A DNA stretch of 32,000 nucleotides from an uncultured Gammaproteobacteria bacterium. GTDB taxonomy: Bacteria > Patescibacteriota > Patescibacteriia > UBA9934. The stretch lies in NCBI GenBank assembly GCA_964355955.1, contig CAYHFQ010000006.1:11633-43632 (forward strand). The letters run 5' to 3'. Under the pieces are notes generated by a model that was not told where the DNA came from, did not search any database, and worked only from the letters and a program-made list of their open reading frames with translations. Below are positions 30,581 to 32,000 of this stretch, piece by piece (position 1 is the stretch's first letter; every line of letters starts with the position of its first letter). The position numbers were made by a program, and so were the translations under genes.

Positions 30581-31099
30581 ATGGAAAAATCAAATGTGTA
30601 TCGATTTTCGCTGCTGGGCCCTGGGCGATTGCTTTTTGGGCCGCTGATGATGGTATTTGGTGTCGGCCTGTTATTGACCGAGAAAGCGCAGATGGCACAT
30701 CGCGTGGCTAATGGTGGTCGAATTTTCGGCTCGTCATTTGATGTGGTGTTGTGGGTTGGCTTTGCAGTCGTTGGACTACTTTGTTTAGCTTGGGGAATTT
30801 GGATGTTGCAGAGTGACCGTAGAAGCTGGATTGAGAACGGTGAGCTACACACTGTACGAGGCATGGTGCCCATGTTTCACAAACGATACGCCAAGCAGGA
30901 TATAGAAAGATTTGAAGTCAGTAAACAACCGATAACTGTGGTATTTGGTAATCGCTCAACCACGATGGGAGAACGCTACCAAGTGGCGGTGTGGTTGAAG
31001 AGAGGGGGACGAAAATCAAAGATGTTAATTATCACGAATTGTAATAATGAGTCTACGGCACTTAAGATAAAGGCTGAGCTCGCAGGGCTTTCTCGATAG
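30581..31099 (+). CDS. Hypothetical two-TM membrane protein
   Basis: Long ORF with two hydrophobic helices. No recognisable domain. Confidence 0.5.
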   Translation: MEKSNVYRFSLLGPGRLLFGPLMMVFGVGLLLTEKAQMAHRVANGGRIFGSSFDVVLWVGFAVVGLLCLAWGIWMLQSDRRSWIENGELHTVRGMVPMFHKRYAKQDIERFEVSKQPITVVFGNRSTTMGERYQVAVWLKRGGRKSKMLIITNCNNESTALKIKAELAGLSR

Positions 31100-31643
31100 C
31101 TTCGTTTAGTTCGCCACGACCTTTGCCGAGAACAGAAGAGTGCTGAACGAAGGTGACGTTAGGGAAGATTGGGGTCATGGCTGGGATGACTTTGGCCAGT
31201 TCGTTTTTAGAGAGCTTATCGATTTTGTTGAGGACGACAACGATTGGGAGCTGCATGGTTTCTAAGAAAGCGAAAATTTCTTGGTCGAGAACGGTGGGCG
31301 GAATGCTGGCGTCGATAATGAGGACGACGAGTTTGAGTTGTTCGGTTTCGCGTAAATAGTCGGCAATCATGTCCTGAAAGTCGACGCGCTGGACTTTAGA
31401 AGTCTTGGCGTAGCCGAAGCCTGGGAGATCAATGAGATAGTAACGCTTGTCTACCTCGTAGACGTTCATGGCCTGAGTGTGGCCTGGTTTAGCGCTAACT
31501 CTAGCCAAAGCAGTTTGCTTGGTTAGTTGGTTGACGAGGGTCGATTTACCCACGTTACTGCGGCCAACAATGGCAATATGGGGCTTGTTGCCCTCAGGGA
31601 GTTGGCTGAGTAAAGTGGCGCTTTTGAGGAATACGGCTGGCAT
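31062..31643 (-). CDS. engB: Ribosome-biogenesis GTPase EngB/YsxC/YihA
   Basis: Motifs GRSNVGKSTLVN, DLPGFGYA and NKIDK. Confidence 0.88.
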   Translation of the reverse strand: MPAVFLKSATLLSQLPEGNKPHIAIVGRSNVGKSTLVNQLTKQTALARVSAKPGHTQAMNVYEVDKRYYLIDLPGFGYAKTSKVQRVDFQDMIADYLRETEQLKLVVLIIDASIPPTVLDQEIFAFLETMQLPIVVVLNKIDKLSKNELAKVIPAMTPIFPNVTFVQHSSVLGKGRGELNEAIEKALRAQPLS

Positions 31644-31666
31644 AGTGGGAGCACTGTAGCACAGAA

Positions 31667-32000
31667 TTAGGAAAGAGTGAGAGCTTTGTTGATTTTGGTG
31701 AGGAGAAGGAGTTCGGCTAGGATGGCTAGAATGAAGATGAAGAAGCCCACACGGAGGACCAGTAGAGGTAATTGGCTGCCGATGTAAATGAGAGGGACGA
31801 GGACAATTAAGCGGCCAGCGTTCAGGAATACCTCGCGATCAAGGAAGCAGATGGCGCGTTGCTGTTCGTCGTTTTTAGCTTGTTTGGAGATGGCGTTCAT
31901 GACGACGTAGCTGATACTGCTGGCAGTGAAGGGGGCAATTAGGCTGCGTAGGAAAATGGCGACGAGTAGGGCCCAAGGTGAGAAGAAGAGACTGATGAGG
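31667..32000 (-). CDS. Integral membrane protein, C-terminal part (open frame continues past the window end)
   Basis: The frame stays open upstream of the M at 31900 (…LISLFFSPWALLVAIFLRSLIAPFTASSISYVVMNAISK…). Hydrophobic, transporter-like. Confidence 0.5.
   Translation of the reverse strand, partial: LISLFFSPWALLVAIFLRSLIAPFTASSISYVVMNAISKQAKNDEQQRAICFLDREVFLNAGRLIVLVPLIYIGSQLPLLVLRVGFFIFILAILAELLLLTKINKALTLS

Overview
Gene-dense bacterial window; hand counts on 60-nt lines give about 50-55% G+C in coding DNA. By inference the gene content looks like a Candidate Phyla Radiation / Patescibacteria-type genome. Recognisable content: lexA (partial), a short divergent metK, cyclophilin and parvulin PPIases, rpmA, rpmG, and a NifU-like gene. 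There is a split dcw cell-wall/division cluster: mraY-ftsW-murG, then murD, a murE-like ligase, a PH-domain protein and an FtsB-like protein. Also present are ftsE/ftsX, an ABC-F ATPase, tmk, engB and three tRNAs (Lys-UUU, Thr-CGU, Gly-CCC). A reverse-oriented GT-C/GtrA/GT2 glycosylation operon lies next to tRNA-Lys. An envelope-associated cluster holds a Cys/His-rich mini membrane protein, a Memo-like protein, a His-rich 594-aa protein, FMN_bind plus ApbE, and a 7-blade FG-GAP/Calx-beta surface protein, followed by a COG0523 GTPase. No CRISPR, rRNA, transposase or recognisable defence genes were seen. The gene list does not explain a family of non-coding signals. (1) Two equal-sized (274 and 275 nt) GC-rich modular elements sit inside the operons murD|murE-like and ftsE|ftsX, with a third related tRNA-derived patch beside tRNA-Lys. 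(2) A 28-nt hairpin module from the ftsE/ftsX element reappears inverted, at 27/28 identity and in frame, inside the ABC-F coding sequence, so the two copies bracket ftsX. (3) Strict 7-nt periodic (TCTACNN)n / (GTAGANN)n arrays occur at four loci, each just upstream of a start codon. (4) A perfect 56-nt palindrome has outer arms that are exact consensus DnaA boxes. All functional readings of these signals are inference and need genome-wide and transcript-level checks.
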